A stretch of DNA of 64,000 nt from Octopus vulgaris (Eukaryota). The stretch's first letter is position 1. Every line of letters starts with the position of its first letter. Shown in pieces: positions 12,894 to 25,256 of the stretch. The position numbers and the translations under genes are program-made. The stretch covers positions 25,420,001-25,484,000 of the forward strand of contig OX597837.1 in assembly GCA_951406725.2 (NCBI GenBank), read 5' to 3'. The notes beneath the pieces are model-generated. The model was not told the origin of the DNA. It did not search any database and worked only from the letters and a program-made list of their open reading frames with translations.

Positions 12894-13639
12894 AAGAAAA
12901 AGGGAGGGCAAGGAAAAAGATTAATTTGACAACGTTTTTCGTTGTAAAACTGTGCATCTTTCATCACGTGTTTATTATTATTATTATTATTTTTAGCTGA
13001 AAGAAAATGAAAATGTGCCCGGAATGCTGGACACATTTACAACTGTTGGACATGTTAGGACAACTCTTACATTAATTCTCTTACACACAAATTCACCTGA
13101 CAACTGTTTAATCACTTTAATGGTTGTGAACCCTAATTAAGAATTGCTTTGTCAACTGTTTTCAGTTAATAAGTTTATCATTCTCTTGAATACATCTAAA
13201 ACCAGATCATATTTCAAGTCCAAAAATCACTAAAATAATAGAAACCATCTCTTATTGTTTCCATTATTCTTTCAAATGCCATTATCTTCTCTCTTTGCTA
13301 AATGTTGATGAGGTTTTAATGATGTTATTTCAAGCAGGTGATGTGTTTTTTGGCAGATTCTGTTTTGTGACATAGTTTTTTTTACTTAGCAATTTTTGGT
13401 AAGAGTTTCTTTTAGCCTATAATTTCTTACACTACTTCAACATATTCCTGACATCATTTAGGTAATAACATGCTCTAACGTTATTCCTTGTCATCATTTA
13501 GAATAATGATCTAACATGTTTATTACCTGTCACCTGTCACCTTTTACAATAATCAGGCATATATTATTATTTAAAACATTATTCCGATATTTTTTACATG
13601 TCATCCTTTCAAGTATCATTTTAGCTTTTGAAATTCTAT

Positions 13640-14927
13640 AAATATAAGGAACTGTGTTATCTAATAATATATCCTTTATATAAACTGTAAGGTGTGAAGT
13701 TGATATAGTGGTGTTGCTAAACTTTCATCTGAAGTCTTTAATGATGTTGTTTAGATACCTGCTAGGATATTAATTAGCTTCTGTTTTAAGCCTAAATTAC
13801 CTCCATTTTGATGGGAATGGAATATGGTTAATTTTATTAACAAAATGAAATGTTCTTAGAAATCTTCAGTTCTTCTTGAAAACTCAGTCAATGTAATAGA
13901 ATATTCCATATCTTAATAATCTACTTTTTATTCCTTAAATTATAATGTCGCTTTTATATTTTCCTCAATTTTTGTAATTGGTTAGGTAAAATATAGCTTG
14001 AGATACAAGATATAGTTTAATTAAATAGACTTCAATTTTTTTTTCATTTTACATCAAAACTGGCAATTTAGAATTTCCAAATCTGTTTTTCAGTGAGGTT
14101 TTGGTATCAAATTTTGATTTAATCATTCGTTCACAGCCTTGTCGTTAACACGTGCCTAAAAATATGACTGTCATGATCAATTAGTTTCTAATCACAAGGC
14201 TTTCATTAACGCCCTAATTTTAGCTCATTTCGGTAAAGTGATTTTTGCTTTGTTAAGAATTTTTCTGGGGTCTGTTTTACTGTTAGATATGAGTTACTGT
14301 TTAAATTTTATGTTATATAGTTAGCAGTTGAAGCTTAACTAGAGATATCATTGTGTATAGTTTTGGGTATTCAGTATTGTCTTTAAATAAGTCATATAGT
14401 GTTTGACTTGGTGCCATGTAGCAGTAGAAGAAACTTCATAGACTATTACATTGGATTTACCATGTTTCTGCATGCTCTAAGGTTATCTTACAAATTCTTT
14501 CATATTGTATTTGCATAAAATGAGGCAATTTGAAAATGTTTTCATCCAGTTGTATTTTAGCATAGGAACTACATTTTAATATTTAAATCTTAGATCAAAG
14601 TTGCTGATAACAAAATGAGCTGATCAGAACAAGAAGACTCCCTGGACAATAAAATTAATCCAGAAATTTGGAATTGTTATAAAATGTGATAGCTAATAAA
14701 AATATGCCGACAGTTTGTTGATGTGAAACCCAAACTGTTCATAGATGTTCTATTAATTCCTTATGCAAATATAAGGAACTGTGTTATCTAATAATATATC
14801 CTTTATATAAACTGTAAGGTGTGAGGTTGATATAGTGGTGTTGCTAAACTTTCATCTGAAGTCTTTAATGATGTTGTTTAGATACCTGCTAGGATATTAA
14901 TTAGCTTCTGTTTTAATCCTAAATTAC
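13640..14927 (+). repeat. ~160-bp dispersed direct duplication (13640-13800 and 14767-14927)
   Basis: AAATATAAGGAACTGTGTT...CCTAAATTAC, near-identical copies. Confidence 0.9.
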
Positions 14928-15080
14928 ATACAAGTTCATTTGTTTTTTCATCTGATATCACTTCCCAGTTTTGCTTGCAAGCTTGTATAACATTAAGAAA
15001 ATCCTTTCACATGTATAGCAAGTAGTTGGCTGTCTTTAAAAAATTTTTTTTCTATTCTTTTGTCAGAAATAATTATTTAA

Positions 15081-15288
15081 CCCTTTAGCATTCAGATTAC
15101 TCTGTCAAATGCAATGCCTTTTTATTCACATTGTTTTGAATTAATTATGGTTTATTTTCATAGCTTTGAGATTTCAATGATATAATTGCTTATCTTTAGA
15201 ATGATGTAGGGTAGCCATGAGAGGCCAGATCGGGCTGGCATGAACAGAAAGCAGGTAGAATGTTTGGGCTGGTTTAAATCCTAAAGTG
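15081..15288. mobile_element. piggyBac-like MITE
   Basis: TTAA flanks on both sides; imperfect TIR CCCTTTAGCATT / AATCCTAAAGTG. Confidence 0.7.
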
Positions 15289-15319
15289 TTAATATTTCTA
15301 ATTGAGCAAGAAGCATCAT

Positions 15320-15487
15320 TTCGTGCTAAGCTGTATCGGCCTTTGCCTTTCCCTTGGTGGCGTGGAGAGGAGAGGCTGGTATGCATGGGCGACTGCTGGT
15401 CTTCCATAAACAACCTTGCCCAGACTTGTGCCTCAGAGGGTAACTTTCTAGGTGCAATCCCTTGATCATTCATGACTGAAGGGCCTC
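15320..15487 (+). mobile_element. 3' fragment of SINE family D
   Basis: Matches the reverse complement of the SINE at 44050-44920. Confidence 0.75.
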
Positions 15488-16134
15488 GTTATAACTCATT
15501 AATATTTCTAATAATCTAAAGGTAAATGTTTTGATTGGTCACTCTGGTAACATATCGATTGCTGTTGAATTTATTTGGAGCTTATAGTGCCAGGATGACC
15601 ATATAGTTGAGTGTTGGTGGAGGAAAGGGCTATTTCTTGCAATATGTCCATTAAAACATCTTTTGTGTACAGTTCTATCATATGATAATGTTTAGTGACT
15701 AATAATTTTGTCACATCATCATCATCATCATAATGCATGGTCAGTAAAGCAATGTCTTATAAAGGCATAATGTTTGTTTCTGTCTTACATGGCATACATA
15801 TACCTTATCTAATGGCTTAGAAAGACACACTAGTTTACCAAAATAATATCCCCAGAATGACAGCCTACATCTCAAGGTTTCAGTCCCTGTCAAATGGTGA
15901 CTCAAGACTGAGGTGGGTCTTGACCTCATACAGTATTAGTGACAAGGCTGTTCTGTAGCCCTAGGTCAGTTTAATATGACCAGGACTGTGATTTCAAAAA
16001 TATGATACAGCCATCATTAATGTGACCTGACTGTTTTAAGACAATAGCATGATTTAAGAAAGATTTGGCTGTTAATTCAAGTGGCAAGAGAAGCTTTCTC
16101 AGGTTGAAAGCATTTGATCGTTAATAGATTTTTA

Positions 16135-16566
16135 TTTTTAATTAGTTCAACTGGTTTTTAATTAATTAAAATAAATTTTGACAAACTGTTAAAAGGAAAT
16201 AAACAAACAAAATTTGTTGTGGTTGAGAGATTAATTAGTATTAATTATGCCATGGAATCTAGATTGGGGAATACTCTTCTTTTGTATATTGCTCACTGAA
16301 GGCAAATATTTAGATTTTTAATTGGTTCAACTGGTTTTTAATCAATTAAAATAAATTTTGACAAACTGTTAAAAGGAAATAAACAAACAAAATTTGTTGT
16401 AGTTGAGAGATTAATTAGTATTAATTGTGCCATGGAATCTAGATAGGGGAATACTCTTCTTTTGTATATTGCTCACTGAAGGCAAATATTTAGATTTTTA
16501 ATTGGTTCAACTGGTTTTTAATCAATTAAAATAAATTTTGGCAGACTGTTAAAAGGAAATAAACAA
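16135..16566 (+). repeat. 180-bp tandem repeat, ~2.4 copies
   Basis: TTTTTAATTGGTTCAACTGG... recurs at a 180-bp period. Confidence 0.9.
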
Positions 16567-16964
16567 CATTGTTATTAATTAGTATTAATTGGGGAATGCT
16601 GGTTAGCACACACTTTCATTTCCTCTCTCTCTCTCTCTCTAGCCATGAGGCTTTGTATAGGTAAGGAGTTAATTTGAAAATAAATTTTATATGTTTATAG
16701 ATTTATCAATTAACATAATGAAACAAATTTAATTTTTACTGATTACTTTTGTCTGCTGTAATAGAATAGTTATACACCAGTCTTGTTCAAATCTTGACAC
16801 AGCAATGATAAGAATGTTGTTTGATATTATTCTCTGAAAACAGGTATTTCAAGTTTAGGTGACTTCATAAATTTTTAATTTTGCTCAAATAACCAGCAAA
16901 AAAGTAAAAAAAAAAAAAAAAACAACTTTTGAATGTTCTGATTCTGTGAAATAGTTGATTTGAT

Positions 16965-17180
16965 ATTGGTTTCAAATTTTGGCACAAGTCCAGTAATTTC
17001 AGTGGTGGTGGGTGCCAATTACATCAACCCCCGTGCTCAACTGGTACTTATTTCATCAACCCCAAAAAGACAAAAGGTAAAATCGATCTCAGTGGAATTA
17101 GAACTCAGAACATAAAAATGAACAAAATGCCAGTAAACATTTTGCTCAGCATGCTAACGATTCTGTCAGCTCATCACCTT
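16965..17180 (-). mobile_element. Degraded SINE related to family B
   Basis: CTGGTACTTATTT..GAACTCAGAAC..GCTAACGATTCTGTCAGCTC. Confidence 0.65.
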
Positions 17181-17272
17181 AATAATTGATTTAATAATGA
17201 GATGAGTTCTTAGAGTTCTATATATTAATCCTCATTCTTGTGTAATAGAACATGAAAATCATTTCAAAGACC

Positions 17273-17629
17273 ATTTTTCAATAGTCTCATAACACTCCTG
17301 TAAGATATGTCTTAGTTTTAATGGCATTTCCCATATATTTCAGTCAAAAGCACATCCATTGGACTGGATTTACTGATTGACTTTTCCTAGTCAATTTTTC
17401 AATAGTCTCATAACACTCCTGTAAGATATGTCTTAGTTTTAATGGCATTTCCCATATATTTCAGTCAAAAGCACATCCATTGGACTGGATTTACTGATTG
17501 ACTTTTCCTAGTCAATTTTTCAATAGTCTCATAACACTCCTGTAAGATATGTCTTAGTTTTAATGGCATTTCCCGTATATTTCAGTCAAAAGCACATCCA
17601 TTGGACTGGATTTACTGATTGACTTTTCC
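17273..17629 (+). repeat. 121-bp tandem repeat, ~3 copies
   Basis: ATTTTTCAATAGTCTCATAACACTCC at 17273, 17394, 17515. Confidence 0.92.
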
Positions 17630-17854
17630 TCGGTATTTTTCTGTGCTCACATTGCATATGTGTGATTACTTTTGATGGCTTTTCAGAGTTGAAAGGAATG
17701 TAACCATAGAGGAAAACAATTAAGGAAAGTTTGCTGTGAAGAATTTCTTTTAAATCAGACATCTTCCCTATCTTGTTTCTTTAGTAAAATCTTCTGAGCT
17801 ACATCATCTCATTCCACAAATGCGCATATAATATCTACTAATATTACACATTAT

Positions 17855-18011
17855 ATCTACTATTGATACCCATCAATAGTAGATATTATAATAGATTATT
17901 ATACTATTATTATATTACACATATAATATCTACTATTGATACCCATCAATAGTAGACATAATAGATTGTTATAATATTTTACATATAATATCTACTATTG
18001 ATACCCATCAA
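17855..18011. repeat. Short tandem repeat built on the hairpin TCTACTATTGAT-ACCC-ATCAATAGTAGA
   Basis: Two complete and one partial palindrome. Confidence 0.8.
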
Positions 18012-18259
18012 CATATTTCTCATTCTATTTTCTAAGTTTACAGAGTCTTCAACTTTTGTTCTTGCTAAGCTTGAGTGACTACGGAACCCAGTCTTGTGTA
18101 TACTTTGATAATATTGTTTATATATGTATTCTTATGGCAGATCTAATGTGGGAACATTAGCTAAAGGACATCTTCATAAATTTTTAAGTTTAAAAGATTC
18201 ATGGCTACAATAATGAGAACGCAAAGAAGTATAACAAATGAAGTTAGTACTGTAATAGG

Positions 18260-18629
18260 TTTACTCTTTTACTTGTTTCAGTCATTTGACTGCGCCATGC
18301 TGGAGCACCGCCCTTAATCGAGCAACTTGACCCCGGGACTTATTCTTTTGTAAGCCCAGTACTTATTCTATCGGTTTCTTTTGCCGAACCGCTAAGTAAC
18401 GGGGACATAAACACACCAGCATCGGTTGTCAAGCAATGCTAGAGGGACACACGCATATATATATACGACGGGCTTCTTTCAGTTTCCGTCTACCAAATCC
18501 ACTCACAAAGCTTTGGTCGGCCCGAGGCTATAGTAGAAGACACTTGCCCAAGGTGCCACACAGTGGGACTGAACCCGGAAACATGTTGTTGGTAAGCAAG
18601 CTACTTACCACACAGCCACTCCTGCGCCT
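18260..18629 (-). mobile_element. tRNA-derived SINE family A
   Basis: Head AGGCGCAGGAGTGGCTGTGTGG (A box), GGGTTCAGTCCC (B box), CCTTGGGCAAGTG, tail (AAGAGTA)n. Confidence 0.9.
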
Positions 18630-19143
18630 GTGTGAATTTTATAAATCTATTTCATTATTGTTTTCGTATCTGTTTTCCCATGCTAGCATGGATTGGACAG
18701 CTCTGCTCCAGTCCTGATTCTCATGGTCTTTCTCCATCAGACACACACAACAAATAAAGCTGCTAATCCTTTGTTTTTTATTAAAGGCTGGATGCCGTTT
18801 CTTTTGCCAACCACTTTCATGTGGACTACCTGTGTGTTATTGTGCCACCTGCACTAAAGACTGATATGTCAACAAAATTTATTTCTGTCTTGCATTAGTT
18901 TTTATATTCTGAGCTAATTGCCTTAACTGTCCCTTGCAGAAGTCTAGCCCCTGCTCTCTGTTTCTTTCTCTTCCCGATTCTTACATTTTTTAGTGATGTA
19001 TAGAAGAGAGTTTAGCTACCATAGGAATATTAAATTCAGTCTAAGGCCAATGGAAATAAATGTTCTTTCAGTTATAAAAGGTTGAAGGATGAAACATAAA
19101 GTGGTGATGTGAGGCAATTGGAGAATAATGGTGATTTAATTAA

Positions 19144-19354
19144 CCCTTTCGTTACTGAATTTATTTTGAGATGCTCAGTGTTTCTTCCAATTATTTTAAA
19201 TATAACAAAGAATTAAGTAAAATAACATCGTTATCATTAAGCTAGAGTTAGGGACATAAATTATGACTCAGGTTTGGTGGAAGATTTTAATTCAGAACTT
19301 TTGAAAACCAGACATTTGTACTACAAAACCAGAGCCGGGTTGGTAACGAAAGAG
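19144..19354. mobile_element. piggyBac-like MITE
   Basis: TTAA|CCCTTTCGTTAC ... GTAACGAAAGAG|TTAA; same family as 28527-28746. Confidence 0.85.
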
Positions 19355-19463
19355 TTAATCAGCTTTTATTACAGATTTCCAGTTGATTATTCTATCATTA
19401 ATGATTTTGAGGCAAAAATTTCAGCTATTACGTTTCTGTAAGATGTTTAGAATTTGTTTTTAT

Positions 19464-19817
19464 CTTTTACTCGTTTCTGTCATTAGACTGTGGCCATGCT
19501 AGGGTACCACCTTGAAGGGTTTTAGTCAATCAAATCAACCCCGGCACTTATTTTGTAAAAGCCTAGTACTTATTCTATCCGTCTCTTTTGCCGAACTGCT
19601 AAGTTATGGGGACATAAACACACTAACACTGGTTGTCAAGCAGTGGTGGGGGACAAACACAGACACACCTTTATATATTTATAATGGTCTTCTTTCAGTT
19701 TCCCCTCCACCAAAATCCACTCCCAAGGCTATAGTAGAAGATACTTACCCAGGGTGTCACACAGTGGGACATGTGATTGGGAAGCAAGCTTCTTACCTCA
19801 CAGCCACACCTGTGCTT
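19464..19817 (-). mobile_element. SINE family A, older degraded copy
   Basis: Similar to the other copies, with internal deletions. Confidence 0.8.
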
Positions 19818-20191
19818 ATTGTCTGTAAAAGTATAATAATGTAGTGGTATCTAACCTTTTCTTTACCAGGACCCTTTAAATGAATTTTCCCACTGACCCT
19901 TAGGTTTTTAAAAGGTCTCTCTACTCAGTAAATTTTGCGCTTGGGTCAAAGACTTCAAGATATCAACTCCCTGAACTTCTACATTAGATGGGACATTACC
20001 TTGCCTTGGTTCACCGACTGGAATTCTTTTCACCCTATCATACACATTAATCAACATTGTCCTTATAATGTTGGAGGTGGTTGTCTTATTGAGATGTAGA
20101 CAACAAATTTAGGTTTCTAGACTGGCTGCACCAAAATGCTTGATGTCTGATATTGTGAAATTAACAGTATACATACATTATACATGCATAT

Positions 20192-20583
20192 TCTCTTTCC
20201 TTTTTACTCTTTTACTTGTTTCAGTCATTTGACTGTGGCCACGCCGGAGCACTGCCTTTAGTTAAGCAAATCAACCCCAGGACTTATTCTTTGTAAGCCT
20301 AGTACTTATTCTATCGGTCTCTTTTGCCGAACCGCTAAGTTACGGGGACGTAAGCACACCAGCATCGGTTGACAACCGATGTTGGGGGGGACAAACACTA
20401 ACACACTCATATATATATATATACGACGAGCTTTCAGTTTCCATCTACCAAATCCACCCACAAGGCTTTGGTCGGCCCGAGGCTATAGTAGAAGACACTT
20501 ACCCAAGGTGTCATGCAGCGGGACTGAACCTGAAACCATGTGGTTGGTAAGCAAGCTACTTACCACACAGCCACTTCTGCGCC
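20192..20583 (-). mobile_element. SINE family A
   Basis: Full-length match to family. Confidence 0.9.
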
Positions 20584-21994
20584 ATTAAAACTAAGACATA
20601 TCTTACAGGAGTGAATAAGACCATTGAAAAATGGTCTTTGAAATGATTTTCATGTTCTATTACACAGGAATGAGGATAGCCCATGCTAGCATGGAAAGCG
20701 GACGTTAAACGATGATGATGATGATTATACATATATGACGTTTGCATGTATCTTTGTCGATGGCTTTGTGTCCGGTTTTTGTGTTGTTGTTTTTTCTTGT
20801 TCTCTAGTATTAGGTTTTCTTCAAAGGCATCCTTGAAAGTATTTTATTTCTACATTGTCTTGTTTTCTGGAGATCTTTCTCATTGTTGTTAAGAGCCAAG
20901 TTAGCTCTGAGAGTAGCTGACCTGTAATAACCTCATCTTTAATTTTTGAATGAGCTCATAGAGGCTACCTCCAATTTGGGGCAAAAAGCCAGAGGCGCCT
21001 TTATCATGAGACCAGCATATAATTAAAACATTTTCTTAACCTTGGACACTTCTCCAGCACATATTGGTTTTTCACAATGACAGCACCCACCTTAAGTACA
21101 GCAATTTGTCTCAGTTCAACTCTGATTAAAATATTCCAGTCATAAACGTAAACATTCAGTGTTTTAGTGATGTCAAGATATTGTGTTCATCCTCAGGTAA
21201 CGAGCTATTTGGCTGCTATTTCTAGTAGGTTGTGTAACTATATAGAGCCATGTAGGTTTGGAAAATCTTGGTATCAAAAACCAAATAGTAGGTTTATAAA
21301 AACCTGTGAGGGGAGGAAACTTAAACTCAGGAAAAACATCAATTTATAAATTCATGAATATGTTAAAATTGTGTTAAATTGCTGTTTGGGTCTTCAGGAT
21401 TAAACTGGGTTTTTAGAAACTTTGGAAACAAAGTTAATGTCATCTAAGGTGAGGGCTGACCTCACCTCTCCTTCAACTCACTCTGAGATCTAACAATAGT
21501 AAGTCCAATCAATTTACCTGTTTTCCACCTGACTGTGTTCTCATTAATTATCTCTGTGATCAAACCTTATCATCTCCTTATTTTTTCCTCTGTGAAAGGT
21601 ATTTCAGACTACGGTACCCAACATATTCTTTTTCTAAGGTGGTGAGGGTGTGATTTTTAGCTTGGGCTCCTATCTCTTGCAAATCAAGTGACCATGTTGA
21701 GGCTTCCAAATCAGAAATGTTAGTCATGAATAACTTAATATATATTTGGTCTTACCCTCCTGTGAAACCATCTTTTAGCAGTCACAGATGCTCCTTTCAA
21801 CAACAATAGGTCCCTAAAGTATTTCAACAACAAAACTTAAATAGAAATTTTTACCTCACAGGAAATATTTCTGGATTCTTCTTCCTTACACTACTTATAT
21901 CACATTTGTCAACTTATCATTCTAGGAATGGGGTCAAGCAGTGTTCTTTCTATGGCTAAAACAAAAAAATCATGCGTATGTGTATCTATCTGTC

Positions 21995-22025
<31 letters not shown>

Positions 22026-22026
22026 G

Positions 22027-22116
22027 GCCTGGTGCAGCCTTTGGGTTTCCCAGACCCCAGTTGAACCGTCCAACCCATGCTAGCATGGAAAGCGGACGTT
22101 AAGCGATGATGATGAT
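22027..22116 (+). mobile_element. Extreme 3' end of RTE-1 LINE
   Basis: CCCATGCTAGCATGGAAAGCGGACGTTAAGC(GAT)n. Confidence 0.8.
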
Positions 22117-22128
22117 ATATATATATAT

Positions 22129-22506
22129 AGGCGCAGGAGTGACTGTGTGGTAAGTAGCTTGTTTACCAACTACATGGTTCCGGGTTCAGTCCCACTGCGT
22201 GGCACCTTGGGCAAGTGTCTTCTACTATAGCCTCGGGCCGACCAAAGCCTTGTGAGTGGATTTGGTAGACGGAAACTGAAAGAAGCTTGTCGTATATATA
22301 TATGCGTGTGTGTGTTTGTCCCCCTAACATTGCTTGACAACCGATGCTGGTGTGTTTATGTCCCCGTTACTTATCGGTTCGGCAAAAGAGACTGATAGAA
22401 TAAGTACTGGGCTTACAAAAGAATAAGTCCCGGGGTCGAGTTGCTCGATTAAAGGCGGTGCTCCAGCATGGCTGCAGTCAAATGACTGAAACAAGTAAAA
22501 GAGTAA
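22129..22506 (+). mobile_element. SINE family A
   Basis: Full-length match, inserted in (TA)n. Confidence 0.9.
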
Positions 22507-22589
22507 TATATATATATACACATGTACATACACTAAAAGGTTTTATACATACATGTGTACGTATATATGTGTTTGTGTATATATATAAA

Positions 22590-22847
22590 TAAGGATGAGA
22601 TCGATATTAAATACCAATCTTATCAGGTAGCCAGCATAGGAATTAAAACCTTCAAAGGTAATAATTATTATTTAAAATTATATTTTAGAGTATCTAAGAG
22701 ATACCACCATGCTGGAAATAGCAACCAAAACTTGACTCTTAAAACCACAAGGTGCTGATTGAACATTTAATGTGGTTTTAGAGTCGAGTTTTGGCTGCTA
22801 TTTCCAGCGTGGTGGTATCTCTTAGATACCCCGAAAATATAATTTTA
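22590..22847. mobile_element. Asymmetric fold-back insert (Penelope-like end?)
   Basis: ~77-bp inverted arms 22673-22749 / 22771-22847, (TA)n flanks. Confidence 0.6.
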
Positions 22848-23084
22848 TATATATATATATAGATAGATATAAATACACACAAGAGTTCTTGACTTTGGGT
22901 AAAAGAAAATACTGGAAAATCAGTTAATTATGATTTTATTCAGGAGATTCCCCTCTCAGATTTACATACTTATTTCAGTGGTCATTCTGTTTTTCTAAAC
23001 CCTGTAAAAACTTGGAAGGTTGGGCCTCCAGTCAGGCCTTTCGCAATGTCCTTAAAGCCAGAACCTTTTCAGCACTCACTCATA

Positions 23085-23720
23085 TGTATGGATGTGTATA
23101 TATATATATATATATATATATGCAAATGTGTTTAGATGTGAATATGTATGTATATATATATATGTATATTTATGCATATGTGTTTGTGTATATATATATA
23201 TTTATGCATATGTGTTTGTATATATATATGCATATGTGTTTATATGTATATTTATATGCATATGTGTTTATATATGAATATGTATGTATATATATATATA
23301 TATTTATGCATATGTGTTTGTGTATATATATATATATTTATGCATATGTGTTTGTATATATATATGCATATGTGTTTATATGTATATTTATATGCATATG
23401 TGTTTATATATGAATATGTATGTATATATTTATATGCATACATGTGTTTATGTATATATATTCATATGTGTATGTATGTATATATATATCTATATGCATA
23501 TGTGTTTGTATATGTATGTGTATTTATATATGTGTATATGTATGTATATGTGTATATATATATATATATAAATGCATGCATTTATGTTTGTATATGTATG
23601 TGTATATATATTTATATATGTATGTGTATATATATTTATATATGTATGTGTGTGTGTGTGTGTATGTATGTATATATATATATCTGCATATGTGTTGATA
23701 TATATATTTGTGTGTGTGTA
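23085..23720. repeat. TA/TG-rich compound minisatellite
   Basis: Recurrent TTTATGCATATGTGTTT units; source of spurious ORFs. Confidence 0.9.
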
Positions 23721-24249
23721 CATAAGCAAGCATGGCTGTGTGGTTAAGAAGTTTATTTTGAAACCACATAACCAAATGTTCCGTTCCACTTTGAGGATTT
23801 TGTTGGCTACCACATTGTCCTATAGCCTTGATTTGGTCAATGCCCTGTGAGAAAATTTAGTAGACAGAAAATAAAGAAACACATTGTATGTGTGAGAGAG
23901 AGAATCAGTTTGTGTTTCCTGCTCGTCTTCAAATGTGTGTTTGCTGATTATAGACACGTCTCACTGTTAATACAGACATTGTCATTTGCTGACAGTCCAC
24001 TGTGAAAACACGGTCTAGACTTCTTGACTTGGGGTGTGATCTTTATGAACAATCAGCTTATTGAAACACTGTTATTTGCTTCCAGTTCTCCTCACAATCA
24101 AGCCTGAGCTGTTTGTTTGTTGAGGGATGACTTGGAAACGGGTGGCGGATGGCGTCAGGGAGGACATCTGGCTGTAAAAAGATTCTGCCCCAACGTCCCA
24201 ACATAGTCTCATCTGACCCATCGAAAAGTAAAGGTTAAAATAATTCTAA

Positions 24250-24292
<43 letters not shown>

Positions 24293-24294
<2 letters not shown>

Positions 24295-24644
24295 TCTTTT
24301 TACTCTTTTACTTGTTTCAGTCATTTTGACTGCGGCCATGCTGGAGCACCGCCTTTAATCGAGCAACTCGACCCCGGGACTTATTCCTTTGTAAGCCCAG
24401 TACTTATTCTATCGGTCTCTTTTGCCAAACCGCTAAGTGACGGGGACGTAAACACACCAGCATCGGTTGTCAAGCAATGCTAGGGGGACAAACACAGGCA
24501 CACAAACATATACACACACACACATATATATATATATACATATATACGACAGGCTTCTTCCAGTTTCCGTCTACCAAATCCACTCACAAGGCTTTGGTCG
24601 GCCCGAGGCTATGGCAGAAGACACTTGCCCAAGATGCCACGCAC
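24293..24644 (-). mobile_element. SINE family A, 5'-truncated
   Basis: Family match, head missing. Confidence 0.88.
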
Positions 24645-24649
24645 AATAA

Positions 24650-25066
24650 TAATAAAGGGTAAAATTAATTAATTAATGATTTTACCAAGTAGTTCGGTAT
24701 GTTAAAAGAACCATTATTGGTAAACATACACAAAAAATTCTATAATTATGAGTATAATTATAATTAGAGTTCAGTAAAAATTTGCTTCACCACATACCGA
24801 AATTTAGAAATAGCAGTTAAAACTAACTATTTCACTACCATAAGAAATACTCCTAGACAGCAATACTCAACAACTCACACAGGTAAAGAGAAAAAAAATA
24901 ATGAATCTACCTGGCTCTAATCAAAGCCAGGTGGATTCGTAGGTTGTTGAGTATTGCTGTCTGGGAGTTTTTCTTATGGTAGTGAAATAGTTTATTTTTT
25001 AACTGTTATTTCTAAATTTCGGTATGTGGTGAAGCAAATTTTTGCTGAACCCTAATTATAATTATA
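24650..25066. mobile_element. Asymmetric fold-back insert (Penelope-like end?)
   Basis: ~120-bp inverted arms from 24753 to 25066, plus an inner hairpin GAATCTACCTGGC..GCCAGGTGGATTC. Confidence 0.6.
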
Positions 25067-25083
25067 GAATTATATATATATTT

Positions 25084-25256
25084 ATAGAATGGTTGTATAC
25101 TGTCAATCTAACACGAACGTGACAGTAGGGGGTACACCACCGCTGTATAGCCCTCCCCCTACTGTCACGTTCGTGTTAGATTGACAGTATACAACCATTC
25201 TATCGCCCCACCACTGTACATGTCTCTACGAGAGATTTAGAAATTTAGTATTTCTT
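25084..25256. mobile_element. Fold-back insert with a perfect 49-bp stem
   Basis: 25084-25132 is the exact reverse complement of 25155-25203; 22-nt loop; ~50-nt unpaired extension before (TA)n. Confidence 0.65.

Noticed and set aside
16135-17629. Tandem arrays as CRISPR-like
   Set aside because: Whole units are identical with no unique spacers; eukaryotic context; no cas genes
23012-23850. 100-200-aa Y/I/C/V/M-rich ORFs
   Set aside because: Translations of TA/TG microsatellite
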